26,348 nt of DNA. It comes from a virus. Lineage: Duplodnaviria; Caudoviricetes. The notes under the pieces were generated by a model. It searched no databases, was not told where the DNA came from, and saw only the letters and a program-made list of their open reading frames with translations. A program made the position numbers and the translations under genes. The DNA lies in the IMG/VR virus record IMGVR_UViG_3300027804_000198, positions 1-26,348 of that record; one strand, 5' to 3'. Of the stretch, positions 9,965 through 19,615 are shown piece after piece (position 1 is the stretch's first letter; the number at the start of each line of letters is the position of its first letter).

Positions 9965-11133
9965 TATTTTATTTCCGTAATTACAAAATTCATATCAGTA
10001 ACCGTAATGTTATTTGATCCAGTTGTATTTGCTGCGTGTATCTCTAAGTAATCACCTTGTTTATGAGTAACCACACAATTAAAGGAAACGTTTTCAGCAC
10101 GTCCAGCATTATTAGCAGTTGATTTTGTTCTGCTAGGTGTTCTAATTGTAGCTAAAACACTATCATAAAAACCAAATTCACAAACATTAGCATTTGTACT
10201 ATTAAATGATAAGTTGCATTGTATTAAAAACTTTCTAGGTATAATTGCATCGTTTGTTAATCTATTATTTGAATGTAAATATTTTTGATTATCTGCACTA
10301 GCTGTTGTTGTTCCTAATACTTTATAGAATACATTAGCACTTGCAACCGTTGTAACGGTAGCATTATTTTGCATATAAAGTTGACCGTTTACATTAGTAT
10401 TTGTAATACCTACACACGCTGTAAATAAAGCCTTGTTGCTTGTATCGGTAACTCCAGTTAAATAAGTACCGCCACCGCTAAAATTAACAGTATCTAAAAT
10501 ATACCTTTCATCTGTAATGGTTGCACTTGCTGAAAAGTTAATACTTGTTTCACCCGATAATGTTATAAATGATGAGTAAATTATTCTTAGTCTTCTTGTT
10601 ATATTAGCTGTTGAAGGTATTATTATTGAAGTCCCACTTGTTCTATTATCGAACAAACAATTACTAAATGCAATAGTACCAAATGTTCCATCGAATGTTA
10701 AACCCTGAGAGTTAATAAATGCGCTGTCAATCATTATAAAATTATTGTAATTCTTAATAGTTCCAACCGTTGCACAATCGGTAAAATTAACACCAAACAA
10801 ATCTAAGGCTTGAGTTGCATTTGCAGTAGCATCTAAGTTTAAAGCAGTACCATGTTCAATAGTTATATTACGAATAGGTAAAGACCATGCGCTACTAATT
10901 AAAGCAGTTGCTGCACTTAACCCTGTACTTTTTAAACGGCAATTTTCAGACGAACCACCTATGATAGTAGTGTTTGATGAACCTACTAATCTACTTCCAA
11001 CTAAATCAATAGTACTACAAATAAAGTAAGTAACATTTGATTCAAGTGTTATTACGCTAGTAATAGCAGCAGGGAAGTCATCAATAGAATTGATAAACTT
11101 AATATCTTTATTTGGTTGTTTTAAGTATGACAT
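9964..11133 (-). CDS. Putative tail spike / accessory structural protein
   Basis: 389 aa, T/S/N-rich with beta-helix-like periodicity and a possible C1q/BclA-like beta-sandwich C-terminus (GDYLEIHAANTTGSNNITV). Confidence 0.45.
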   Translation of the reverse strand: MSYLKQPNKDIKFINSIDDFPAAITSVITLESNVTYFICSTIDLVGSRLVGSSNTTIIGGSSENCRLKSTGLSAATALISSAWSLPIRNITIEHGTALNLDATANATQALDLFGVNFTDCATVGTIKNYNNFIMIDSAFINSQGLTFDGTFGTIAFSNCLFDNRTSGTSIIIPSTANITRRLRIIYSSFITLSGETSINFSASATITDERYILDTVNFSGGGTYLTGVTDTSNKALFTACVGITNTNVNGQLYMQNNATVTTVASANVFYKVLGTTTASADNQKYLHSNNRLTNDAIIPRKFLIQCNLSFNSTNANVCEFGFYDSVLATIRTPSRTKSTANNAGRAENVSFNCVVTHKQGDYLEIHAANTTGSNNITVTDMNFVITEIK

Positions 11134-11137
11134 ATTT

Positions 11138-14122
11138 TTATATTATATTCCAATTAGTACCATCCCATTGTAAAGTAACAGAATCGTATTGTGTGTATAT
11201 TGTATAAGTAGCAGCACCGTCTATTAAAGCACCGTTACCGTCTATTATAACATTGCCAGCACCGCTATCAACTTTCTTAATAGTTATTTGTTTGCCATAT
11301 TCTAAAGTAGTATCTACTGTATTTATATTTAAAATTATGCTACTTTCTAAAAACCCAATTTGTGAGTAAGCTAGTGTAACTGTTTTGTTAGTTGCGCCAG
11401 TTGTCATAAATACAACATCGTCGTAAGCCATAACATTATAGTTAGCAGATTTATTTTGTATTAATGCTTTTTCGTTATAGATAGTATTTGTCACCGTTCC
11501 ATTTATGTAACTAAATCCAATAGTGTTTTCAGGAACGCTAACATTGCTACCAATTACCGTTACATTCTCACAACTTGCCGGTATCATAATATTGTCACCG
11601 ACTGCTAAACAATTAGTCCCTCTATTTTGTATGTTAGTACCAACGTTTAAAGAACTATTTAAACGGTAATTTTGTGTATCAGTGCCAGCGTTAATTGAAG
11701 TACTATCACTTAATCTAAATTGTTGAGGTGTAAATACTTCGGTTTCTAATAACTTTACTAACTCAACATTTGTGCTTGTTAATTCTAATGGATTATAATT
11801 TTCTATTTTATTAACAATATAATAAGCACCGTCAATAAATAGTCTATTCCTAAAATTAAAATTATAAATATCTTTTGGGCTTAACCATAAGTATTTAGTT
11901 ACAAATTTAGCGTCCCTATTAATTAGATTATTTAAGTATTTAGCGTGATATCTATTATATAAATTATTAGTTGTAAAGTAAGCGTTTATGTAATTATAAT
12001 AAACCTCTTTTGGTGGCCCGAACATTAAAGATACAGTTGGATTAAATGGATCGTCTTCCATGCCAGCATATAAATAATCATTCGTTACTAAATCAGTTTG
12101 CCCTTGCTGTTTGTATGTATAAGAGTTAGGGCTTGTTTTAACAGCACAATAAAGTATTCTAATGTTAGCGGCTATTGTTTTTTTATTTGTCCCGTCTAAT
12201 TGATATATGCGAGGGTGAGCAATACCCATTCCATAGTTTGCAACGTTTGGAGTTCCCGAGAATATTAACTCATTCTTTTTATCACTTTTAATAAAATCAT
12301 TTTCAACATCAATTTGTTCTGTGCCATAAGTTTCGTTCCAAGTCTTTTGGTATAAATTATTATAATAATCGGCATCGGTTTTGTAAGTAAAGATATACCG
12401 TTTGCCCTCTAATAAGTTTGGGTTAATGGATTGGTCTTTTGCCAAGTCTGTTTTATTCTCATAGTCAACTATATCAGCATTGTAAAATTCATCAAAGTTT
12501 TCAATAATTAAATTATTCTCGTTGTCTTTATCTACGTCAACGTATAAATTAAAAGCCTGAACTATTGATTTAAAAAAGTCCTTTTGTTTTATTTTAGTTG
12601 GTAGTGCTGCATTTGCTGACAATGGATTACCCTCAACAACTTCTTTTTTAGTTACTAAGCCGTAAAACGAACATCCGTTAATTCCGCTTAATGCTTCAAT
12701 CGTAAAAGTAGGATTTCCTATTGGTGTTATTATTGTACCAGCTGAATTATAATATTTAGGACCATTACCGCTAATTAAATTAGTAGCAGCTGCTCTTACA
12801 TAAATAACATCACCAGCACTAAAAAACATTTCACCTGTTGCTACTTCATTTATTGGAGTTGTAACAAATGTATTAACTGGTATAATTGGCATCTGTATAA
12901 GGCTTTGATTATTAACCACTATACTACTTAATGGAGTTTGTCTTGTAATGCTATTATAAATACTTGCACTTGTACTAAGAGTCATTGCTACTACATTTGT
13001 GTCGGGATGCGTAAACTTAATTCTGTAAATTACTTTTGAAGCTATGTTATAATAACCACTTTCGTTAATTGTGACTAAGCCAGTTGTTGTATTATTTTGT
13101 AAACCATTATCAAAAAATGGTAGCGTTTCATTATTATGTACTAAAGTAGTAACGTTTTGAGTTACCTGAGTAACGTTACTTGTCAAACCTACATAAAATT
13201 GTTGGTTCTCTAATTGTGCTTGACTTAATTCAATCTTAGTTATATTAGGGTAACAATACAACTTTTTAAATTCTGCAGTATTTAAGAATGTACTTGTAAA
13301 TGTTCTACCCGTTGCTGTTATAATTTTACTAATATATTCGTAAATACTAAAGCAAGGTAAAAAATCTTTTACGTTCCAAACAATATCACTACCGCCATTC
13401 GTTCCCCTATCTATTAATGGATATACATATCCTGCGCCAGTGCCTAAATAAGTTGTTCGTGAAGCTATTTGATTAGCACGTGTATAATTGTGGTTGTATA
13501 TTCTAAAATCTAAATCCTCATTACTTGTTAATATACTTAAGTTAGTCCACGTTGTTGGTGTCGTTCCCGTTGCTAAAAATACGCAGCCATCGGTATTGAT
13601 AGTGCCACTATAAACACTTGCTACATTTGTAAAATTATCACCAGCTATAAAATCAGTTATTGTGTAATATCTGCCAACAACTAACAAGCCACTTGTTGCA
13701 GTTACTTGAGCATTCCCAACAATATACTTATCGCCAATGTCAACAAATACAGAACCACCCGCACCAATTATTGAACACTCGTAAACTATTGAATTATCGG
13801 GCTTAATGTTTATTTTAATTAACTGTAAGTCACCTGCAAAGTTTTCAATCCCATCTACAATATATTTACATGGTGTTTTTAAATTCTTATTGAAATACTG
13901 AGTCGCTACGTTTACACTAAAGATATTTTCAAATAGTTTATTTACTTTATTCGTTCCAAGTAAATTAATTGTTTTACTAAAACTAGCCTTGCGTTGGTCG
14001 GGGTTTCTAACATCGGCTAGGTTATAGTTAATGTTAATCGGTATATTTTTAGCAATAGGATAGTATTGTAATTTCTCACTCCCGTTTTTAGCTGCTATTA
14101 ATAAATCTGTTACTACCGCCAT
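11138..14122 (-). CDS. Tail tip / baseplate hub protein with C-terminal fibre module
   Basis: 994 aa. N-terminal motif INYNLADVRNPDQRKASFSKTI, internal QKDFFKSIVQAFNLY and YYIVNKIENYNP, C-terminal fibre-type ending YDSVTLQWDGTNWNII. Confidence 0.65.
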   Translation of the reverse strand: MAVVTDLLIAAKNGSEKLQYYPIAKNIPININYNLADVRNPDQRKASFSKTINLLGTNKVNKLFENIFSVNVATQYFNKNLKTPCKYIVDGIENFAGDLQLIKINIKPDNSIVYECSIIGAGGSVFVDIGDKYIVGNAQVTATSGLLVVGRYYTITDFIAGDNFTNVASVYSGTINTDGCVFLATGTTPTTWTNLSILTSNEDLDFRIYNHNYTRANQIASRTTYLGTGAGYVYPLIDRGTNGGSDIVWNVKDFLPCFSIYEYISKIITATGRTFTSTFLNTAEFKKLYCYPNITKIELSQAQLENQQFYVGLTSNVTQVTQNVTTLVHNNETLPFFDNGLQNNTTTGLVTINESGYYNIASKVIYRIKFTHPDTNVVAMTLSTSASIYNSITRQTPLSSIVVNNQSLIQMPIIPVNTFVTTPINEVATGEMFFSAGDVIYVRAAATNLISGNGPKYYNSAGTIITPIGNPTFTIEALSGINGCSFYGLVTKKEVVEGNPLSANAALPTKIKQKDFFKSIVQAFNLYVDVDKDNENNLIIENFDEFYNADIVDYENKTDLAKDQSINPNLLEGKRYIFTYKTDADYYNNLYQKTWNETYGTEQIDVENDFIKSDKKNELIFSGTPNVANYGMGIAHPRIYQLDGTNKKTIAANIRILYCAVKTSPNSYTYKQQGQTDLVTNDYLYAGMEDDPFNPTVSLMFGPPKEVYYNYINAYFTTNNLYNRYHAKYLNNLINRDAKFVTKYLWLSPKDIYNFNFRNRLFIDGAYYIVNKIENYNPLELTSTNVELVKLLETEVFTPQQFRLSDSTSINAGTDTQNYRLNSSLNVGTNIQNRGTNCLAVGDNIMIPASCENVTVIGSNVSVPENTIGFSYINGTVTNTIYNEKALIQNKSANYNVMAYDDVVFMTTGATNKTVTLAYSQIGFLESSIILNINTVDTTLEYGKQITIKKVDSGAGNVIIDGNGALIDGAATYTIYTQYDSVTLQWDGTNWNII

Positions 14123-14124
14123 AA

Positions 14125-15309
14125 TTATATACCTCTTTGTCTAGTTTCTGTAATACCTAAATCAATAGTAATAGCCAATTGTATTAACGACTCGTTGTTT
14201 AGTTGGTACTCTTCAAATGAAGTGTTTGTAACTTTGCATGATCGTAAAGTACTGTAATCCCAAACATAAACTATTGGGCTATCAAACAAATCTTTTAATT
14301 GTGTTATTTGCAACTGAGTTAACCAAGTTGTGTTTAAATCCATTGTAGATTCAATGGCCGTACTTATAACGTGGTCTTCTCTATCATAAGAAGTAGAGCC
14401 ATAAGCACCCGTTGTTGTATTTAAAACATTCTTATTTAAAGTAACGGTATTAACTTTTTTACTAAAATTCTTTTTACTCTTTTGCTCAAAATGAAATGAT
14501 AAGATATTACCATCTCTATCTAGATAGTAAATAACATAGTCTTGATACTTAGTACAAATGTCTTGGTAATCAAAAGAGTAGTTTAATAATACGGTTGTGC
14601 CATTTTTAAATTTAACCACAACTGTATTACCAACGGATGGGGACGTAAAAATATTACTACCTAAATATAATTGATAAATATCGTAAGGGGTTGCAGGTGT
14701 TGGTAGTGAAGCTATTGTAACCGTTTGCAATAAAGTGAAACCATTAAATAATTCAATAGTTATGCTATTTATTGCAGTAGTTGTATTATTGATAAAATGA
14801 TAAAATAATGGCTGGTTTAAAGTTATTCTATCGTCAGGTGTTATTGTATCAATAGTTTTAGACAAGAAATATTTGCCAGCTGTTTTTGCAAAAACATAAT
14901 TATTATAATTATAAGCACTAAAAGCAGCATCTGTTAATGAAGCATCAAAACCATTATAATTTAATGGCGTTGTGGATTGAACAGCCCCTGTATAATATTC
15001 CGATATTTCAACGTCAACCGTAACTGATTTGCCAGTAGCTAAATTTATAGGACTAGATAAAACAATATTATTAAATTCAAAATAATGTTCAATATAATTT
15101 TGTACCCATTCTTTTGCATTAAAAACTAAATATCCATCGGGACGTTGTAATATGTCCTCTGTATAAGTGTTAGCTGTATCACCGTTAACAACTACCGTTA
15201 CAATATATTTAAAATCAGCAATAGCTATTTGATTAGACTTCGCTGTAAATATCTGGTCGTTATAAGCTGGTGTAAGTGTGTCGGGTTGTTGATATACTGT
15301 TAATGCCAT
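14125..15309 (-). CDS. Putative distal tail / baseplate protein
   Basis: 394 aa upstream of the hub gene; motifs QQPDTLTPAYN, YLDRDG..SFHF, LNTTWL...DLFDSPIVY. Confidence 0.55.
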   Translation of the reverse strand: MALTVYQQPDTLTPAYNDQIFTAKSNQIAIADFKYIVTVVVNGDTANTYTEDILQRPDGYLVFNAKEWVQNYIEHYFEFNNIVLSSPINLATGKSVTVDVEISEYYTGAVQSTTPLNYNGFDASLTDAAFSAYNYNNYVFAKTAGKYFLSKTIDTITPDDRITLNQPLFYHFINNTTTAINSITIELFNGFTLLQTVTIASLPTPATPYDIYQLYLGSNIFTSPSVGNTVVVKFKNGTTVLLNYSFDYQDICTKYQDYVIYYLDRDGNILSFHFEQKSKKNFSKKVNTVTLNKNVLNTTTGAYGSTSYDREDHVISTAIESTMDLNTTWLTQLQITQLKDLFDSPIVYVWDYSTLRSCKVTNTSFEEYQLNNESLIQLAITIDLGITETRQRGI

Positions 15310-15310
15310 T

Positions 15311-15862
15311 TTATGTGTAACTACTTCTAATTTCTATTATAATATCTTCTTTAACTAATTCTGTTATCTCGCTTTGTAATTTTTCAATTCGTCCATCGTT
15401 AATCACTTCGTCAAAAAAGTTATTACCCTCATAACCCTCTTTGTGTATTTTCTTTGCTATTGCATAAGCTACTGATTCAACCGCTTGATCGTATGTTTGT
15501 TTTTTATAACTTTTTTTTATTTTCTTATTCTTTATCGTTGTTGCTTTTTCTGTTTTTCTTTTAGATATTTCAACTTTTAACTTTCTAGTTTTAATCCAAC
15601 GTATTAAGTTTTTTCTTAACGAGCCGTCCCCTCCTTTACTTGTTGGTTCACGTCCACTATTAACAGCATCCCAATAGTCATTCATTTTTAACCTAAATAC
15701 TATTTTACCACTTTCATAAGTTGTTTGTGGCTTAATGCTTGTACTTAACCTACTGTTTAAAGAACTATCTCTTTGCTTAGACTTTAAAGACTTTTGAGTA
15801 TCAATAACTAATTGTTTACCAAACTCACTAAGCAAGTCTTCTATATCATCTACTAGAGCCAT
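15311..15862 (-). CDS. Putative neck / tail completion protein
   Basis: 183 aa, basic; motif MNDYWDAVNSGR.P...WIK...AYAIAKKIHKEG. Confidence 0.5.
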   Translation of the reverse strand: MALVDDIEDLLSEFGKQLVIDTQKSLKSKQRDSSLNSRLSTSIKPQTTYESGKIVFRLKMNDYWDAVNSGREPTSKGGDGSLRKNLIRWIKTRKLKVEISKRKTEKATTIKNKKIKKSYKKQTYDQAVESVAYAIAKKIHKEGYEGNNFFDEVINDGRIEKLQSEITELVKEDIIIEIRSSYT

Positions 15863-16134
15863 TTAATGCTATTTCAAATTTACCTTTATCCTTTAAGTAC
15901 GCTAACTTGTTATAGTACCTTATCACACTCCATTCAAATATTTGGTCTTCGTTTAGATTAGTATCTTTAACAACTAAACCAACGCTGTATTCCCAGCCCC
16001 ATCTTTCAAAAAAGTCTGAAATTCTAAGTCTTCCATCATCATTTGATTCGCTTGCTCTATTACTTTGACTTGTTCCGCTAAACAGTCCTGAATAGCTTTT
16101 GTGTAAGTCATTAAATATTTTGAATAAAAAAAAA
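15846..16134 (-). CDS. -1 frameshift extension of the tail chaperone (gpGT-like)
   Basis: From the T9 run (16126-16134) the -1 frame is open for 93 codons: LFKIFNDLHKSYSGLFSG...FFERWGWEYSVGLVVKDTNLNEDQIFEWSVIRYYNKLAYLKDKGKFEIALNGSSR, stop at 15846-15848. Confidence 0.7.
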
Positions 16135-16612
16135 CAGCCCCAAGTGATTCGCTTAATTTTGATTTCTTAAATAGTTCAACATTTCGATTATGGTTATTTG
16201 AGTTATATACCCATTTACCGTTTTCGTATTCCTGATGACAAATAGCCATTAACTCAGGCAGCACTTTAAAATAGTTCCCCTCATTTGCCTTTACCATTTC
16301 CTTCCAATCCTTTTCCTGGCAAATATTATAATCATATAAATCTTTAATGTATCTAAACTTAACGCCAGCTAGTTTAATTTCATCGGGGCAAGCTAACTCA
16401 GTAATTGGTTTAGTTAAAAAGAAAGCATCTAACAAATAGTCGTAAACTTGTTTAGGGCTAAGTGATTCAATATAGTCAACATGTTCACCCGATAAAATAG
16501 ATAGCCTTAAAACAGCCTTGTCTAGTTTATCCAAAGTATCATTTGTTTTCAATTCCTCTAATTTTTGAAATTGCTCAACTGTTAAATCTTCGTATCTTTT
16601 AGGTATTTTCAT
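15974..16612 (-). CDS. Tail assembly chaperone (gpG-like, frame-0 product)
   Basis: 212 aa starting MKIPKRYEDLTVEQF, containing a G-T9-A slippery run at the GAVFFY codons. Confidence 0.6.
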   Translation of the reverse strand: MKIPKRYEDLTVEQFQKLEELKTNDTLDKLDKAVLRLSILSGEHVDYIESLSPKQVYDYLLDAFFLTKPITELACPDEIKLAGVKFRYIKDLYDYNICQEKDWKEMVKANEGNYFKVLPELMAICHQEYENGKWVYNSNNHNRNVELFKKSKLSESLGAVFFYSKYLMTYTKAIQDCLAEQVKVIEQANQMMMEDLEFQTFLKDGAGNTALV

Positions 16613-16617
16613 TGTAT

Positions 16618-16644
16618 TAATATAGTAATTTATTTGTTTTTTAC
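16618..16644 (-). promoter_or_regulatory. Candidate phage late promoter, copy 3
   Basis: Plus strand TAATATAGTA (16618-16627), 11 nt, then TTTTAC (16639-16644); 5 nt from the chaperone ATG. Confidence 0.7.
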
Positions 16645-16645
16645 G

Positions 16646-17809
16646 TTATTGAATAAAGAAAGTTGACTTTTTAAGTCGGTTTAAAGCTACATATCTAATT
16701 GCATCAATAGCATGGTTATAACTATCAATAGGTTGCGAGGTGTGTTTTCCGTCGTTATCCGTCACCCATTTATAGTTCCTTAGTTCCTTTATCAAATTAA
16801 CACTAGACTTCGTTACATTCAATTTAAACGCTTGTAAAGTATCTATTGAGTTCCTTATACTATCAGCACCTTTTTTAGCACCCTCAATCCTAAAACTTGC
16901 CCGTCTTAAATCCTCTATGCTTTTAGGCTCGGCTGAATCTGCAACTATCATTTGTTGACTTGTTACATTCAATTCCTTTAACCTAGCTATTAAATCACTA
17001 TTGGTTAATTTGGTTTGATATATCAATTCGTTTATATAAAGTTCACCGTTGTATCTATAAACTGCAATTAATGTAGATGGATCATTTGTGAAACCAAAGT
17101 CCATTCCGTATGCTATAAACTCAGCTTCGTTTGGTATGCTATCACATTGCTGCCAATTTTCAAATACGGTGCCTTGTAATGACCCGATATTCCCCAAACC
17201 ATAAACGCTCCACCAATTAGCCCAGTAAGTTGACGTTAACGCTTTCTCTTTTGCTTTCTCTATTTCTTTAACAATTGATAGGTCAAGGGCTTCATTATCT
17301 TTGTAAGTCAAAACCACAAAGTCCGTATCACTATCATTAATCAATTCGGTATCAACCCAAAATTCACTAACGGGGTTGTAGTCTAAATAAATAAAGCGTC
17401 TTGTTCTAATTGCTAATTGATAGTAAGCCTCCCAAGTTATATTATTGCATTCGTTTACAAATAGCACATCACGCCTTGCCCCTCTTAATTTACTTTCTGC
17501 ATCCGCACTAAAAAATTCAATATAGGCGCCATTACTAAATGTATAAACCAAACTACTTTTATTAAAGTTCTCAGGCTCATACATTCCAATCATATCCATA
17601 ATTTTAAGAAAGTCACGTAAGGCACCCCTCTTTAAATGTGGTATGGTTTCAGCAACTATTGATATTTCAGCAAGTGGATTTTTAACAGCATAGTCAATAA
17701 GGAATGGCACGATAGTAAATGTTTTACTTGCAGACGTTCCGCCCCTAACTACCCTTACTCTTTTATTGAGTTTAGATATTTTCGTTTGGGCTGTCGTTCG
17801 TTGTAACAT
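16646..17809 (-). CDS. terL: Terminase large subunit (PBSX-like)
   Basis: Walker A region RGGTSASKT, Walker B VLFVNE, nuclease motifs GMDFGFTNDP and NHAIDAIRY. Confidence 0.92.
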   Translation of the reverse strand: MLQRTTAQTKISKLNKRVRVVRGGTSASKTFTIVPFLIDYAVKNPLAEISIVAETIPHLKRGALRDFLKIMDMIGMYEPENFNKSSLVYTFSNGAYIEFFSADAESKLRGARRDVLFVNECNNITWEAYYQLAIRTRRFIYLDYNPVSEFWVDTELINDSDTDFVVLTYKDNEALDLSIVKEIEKAKEKALTSTYWANWWSVYGLGNIGSLQGTVFENWQQCDSIPNEAEFIAYGMDFGFTNDPSTLIAVYRYNGELYINELIYQTKLTNSDLIARLKELNVTSQQMIVADSAEPKSIEDLRRASFRIEGAKKGADSIRNSIDTLQAFKLNVTKSSVNLIKELRNYKWVTDNDGKHTSQPIDSYNHAIDAIRYVALNRLKKSTFFIQ

Positions 17810-18167
17810 TAATATCTATTCCGTTAAAGATAGGCTTCTCAGTTATTAGTTGGTTAATCGTTTGGCTCGGTACACCATGCACTCTGCTTATAAGAGTTTC
17901 TAAAGAATATAAAGTTCCTTTCTCTAAAGATTTACGCATAGCGTTTGCAATTGTACGTTCCAATATAGTAGCGTGTTCATCTTTAAATATATCGGCTAAC
18001 TCATTCAAAGTCATAGCCATCATATTCTCAATTGTTTGGTTTATATCCTGTTTGTTATACCCCATGTCTTTTAATTGACAAACGAATTTACGAGGTCGTC
18101 CGTTTGGGTTGCCTGTTTGACCTTTTGTATAAGGTATTAAGTTTTTGTGTCCGTCGCTACTTGGCAT
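17772..18167 (-). CDS. terS: Terminase small subunit
   Basis: KGQTGNPNGRPRK motif (DUF5681-like), directly upstream of and overlapping terL. Confidence 0.7.
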   Translation of the reverse strand: MPSSDGHKNLIPYTKGQTGNPNGRPRKFVCQLKDMGYNKQDINQTIENMMAMTLNELADIFKDEHATILERTIANAMRKSLEKGTLYSLETLISRVHGVPSQTINQLITEKPIFNGIDINVTTNDSPNENI

Positions 18168-19305
18168 AATCTATTCCGTTTCTTTTAATCTTAATTGTTG
18201 GTTCAAGTTTAATCATTCTATCAATAATTACTTGACAATATTTCGGGTCAAGTTCCATACCGTAGCACTTCCTTTTTAGTTGATGTGCAGCAACCATTGT
18301 AGAACCAGAACCACTAAAAGGGTCAACTAATAATTTGTAATCTTGGAAGTATTCAAGTAAATCGCTTAACAATTCTATTGGCTTTTGATGTGGGTGTGGA
18401 CTATCAATTCTTTTCTTTTGTTCTCTACTTACGTTAAAAACATTACCGCCAAATCTTGAATATTTAATATTACCTGCAACTATAATTGCTTCCCATTGTT
18501 CACTCATTCCACCTGCTCCATTAAGACCTGCATTCTTTTTATCCCATACTGCAATAGTTTTTAATTGCAATTCATTGTTTTCCAAAGTTTGTATTGCTTC
18601 CTTAAATGTTCTCCATTGTAAAAAGAAAACATAAGCATCGCATATTCTTAAATTAAAAAAGTCATTTACGCAATCAAATGTTTCGTCATTTAATATTGTT
18701 CTAACTCCTAATTGACCTCTACCATATTTTCCACTTGAACCATTACCATAAGGTGGGTCTGTAAATACTAATTCAGCCTTTTGTCCGTTCATTAGCTTTG
18801 CCACTTGGTCGCTATCCGTACTATCCCCACAAAGCAATCGATGCTCTCCAATCTCAAAAAAATCCCCTAAAACAATATCCGTTTCAATTCCATCTGCTGG
18901 GACTTCAAAGTCATCCTCCTCAGCTTCCAACTCAGTAACAAATTCAGCGGGCAAATCCAAACCCCAACTTTCCAATTCCAAAGCATCCCAATCATTTAAT
19001 AATTGCCAATCCCATTCACCACCGCTAACATTATCCTTAATAAGAAATTCCCTTTGTTTCTCCTCTGATAAGCCACTTACTTTTATAATAGATACTTCCT
19101 TTAAACCAGCTTCTTTGCACGCCTTAAAACGCATATTACCGCCCAATATAATCATGTCATCATTTACAACTATCGGTCGTATTTCTAACATCTCGGGAAA
19201 GTCTTTTATCGACTGAACTAACTTTGCAAACTTGTCATCCTTAATTAAACGGGGATTGTTTGGGTTAAGTTTAATTTTGTTTATGTTAATTTTTTCAGTC
19301 TTCAT
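18157..19305 (-). CDS. ParB-like domain fused to an N6/N4 DNA methyltransferase
   Basis: N-terminal NPNNPR...IRPIVV...GGNMR (ParB/Srx); then HRLLCGDS, DPPY, HPHQKP and DPFSGSGST (catalytic motif before SAM motif, beta-class order). Confidence 0.88.
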   Translation of the reverse strand: MKTEKININKIKLNPNNPRLIKDDKFAKLVQSIKDFPEMLEIRPIVVNDDMIILGGNMRFKACKEAGLKEVSIIKVSGLSEEKQREFLIKDNVSGGEWDWQLLNDWDALELESWGLDLPAEFVTELEAEEDDFEVPADGIETDIVLGDFFEIGEHRLLCGDSTDSDQVAKLMNGQKAELVFTDPPYGNGSSGKYGRGQLGVRTILNDETFDCVNDFFNLRICDAYVFFLQWRTFKEAIQTLENNELQLKTIAVWDKKNAGLNGAGGMSEQWEAIIVAGNIKYSRFGGNVFNVSREQKKRIDSPHPHQKPIELLSDLLEYFQDYKLLVDPFSGSGSTMVAAHQLKRKCYGMELDPKYCQVIIDRMIKLEPTIKIKRNGIDYAK

Positions 19306-19396
19306 TCCAAAAATTTATATGTTCGTATTCGTCTTGCATCAGTTCATTATATAAATAAAAGTTCGTTTCAATATCACCGAGTTAAAATAGTTAATC

Positions 19397-19615
19397 CTAA
19401 ACGGTTGGTGCGGCAATTCCCTCATTGATATGCGTTCCTTCATAGGTTATTGAAATCATTAAAATGTTATTTGTATAAAGTATTTGCCTTTCAATCGGTT
19501 TATACTTTTTAACATTTAGTTTTAAGTTCTTTTCGCATTCCTTACCAACTCGTAAGCGTTCTTTTGGATTCGGCTCGGTTTCGTAATCGAATGTATATTT
19601 AGCTTTAAACGGCAT
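19397..19615 (-). CDS. Hypothetical protein
   Basis: 72 aa ORF; its start overlaps the upstream stop. Confidence 0.55.
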   Translation of the reverse strand: MPFKAKYTFDYETEPNPKERLRVGKECEKNLKLNVKKYKPIERQILYTNNILMISITYEGTHINEGIAAPTV

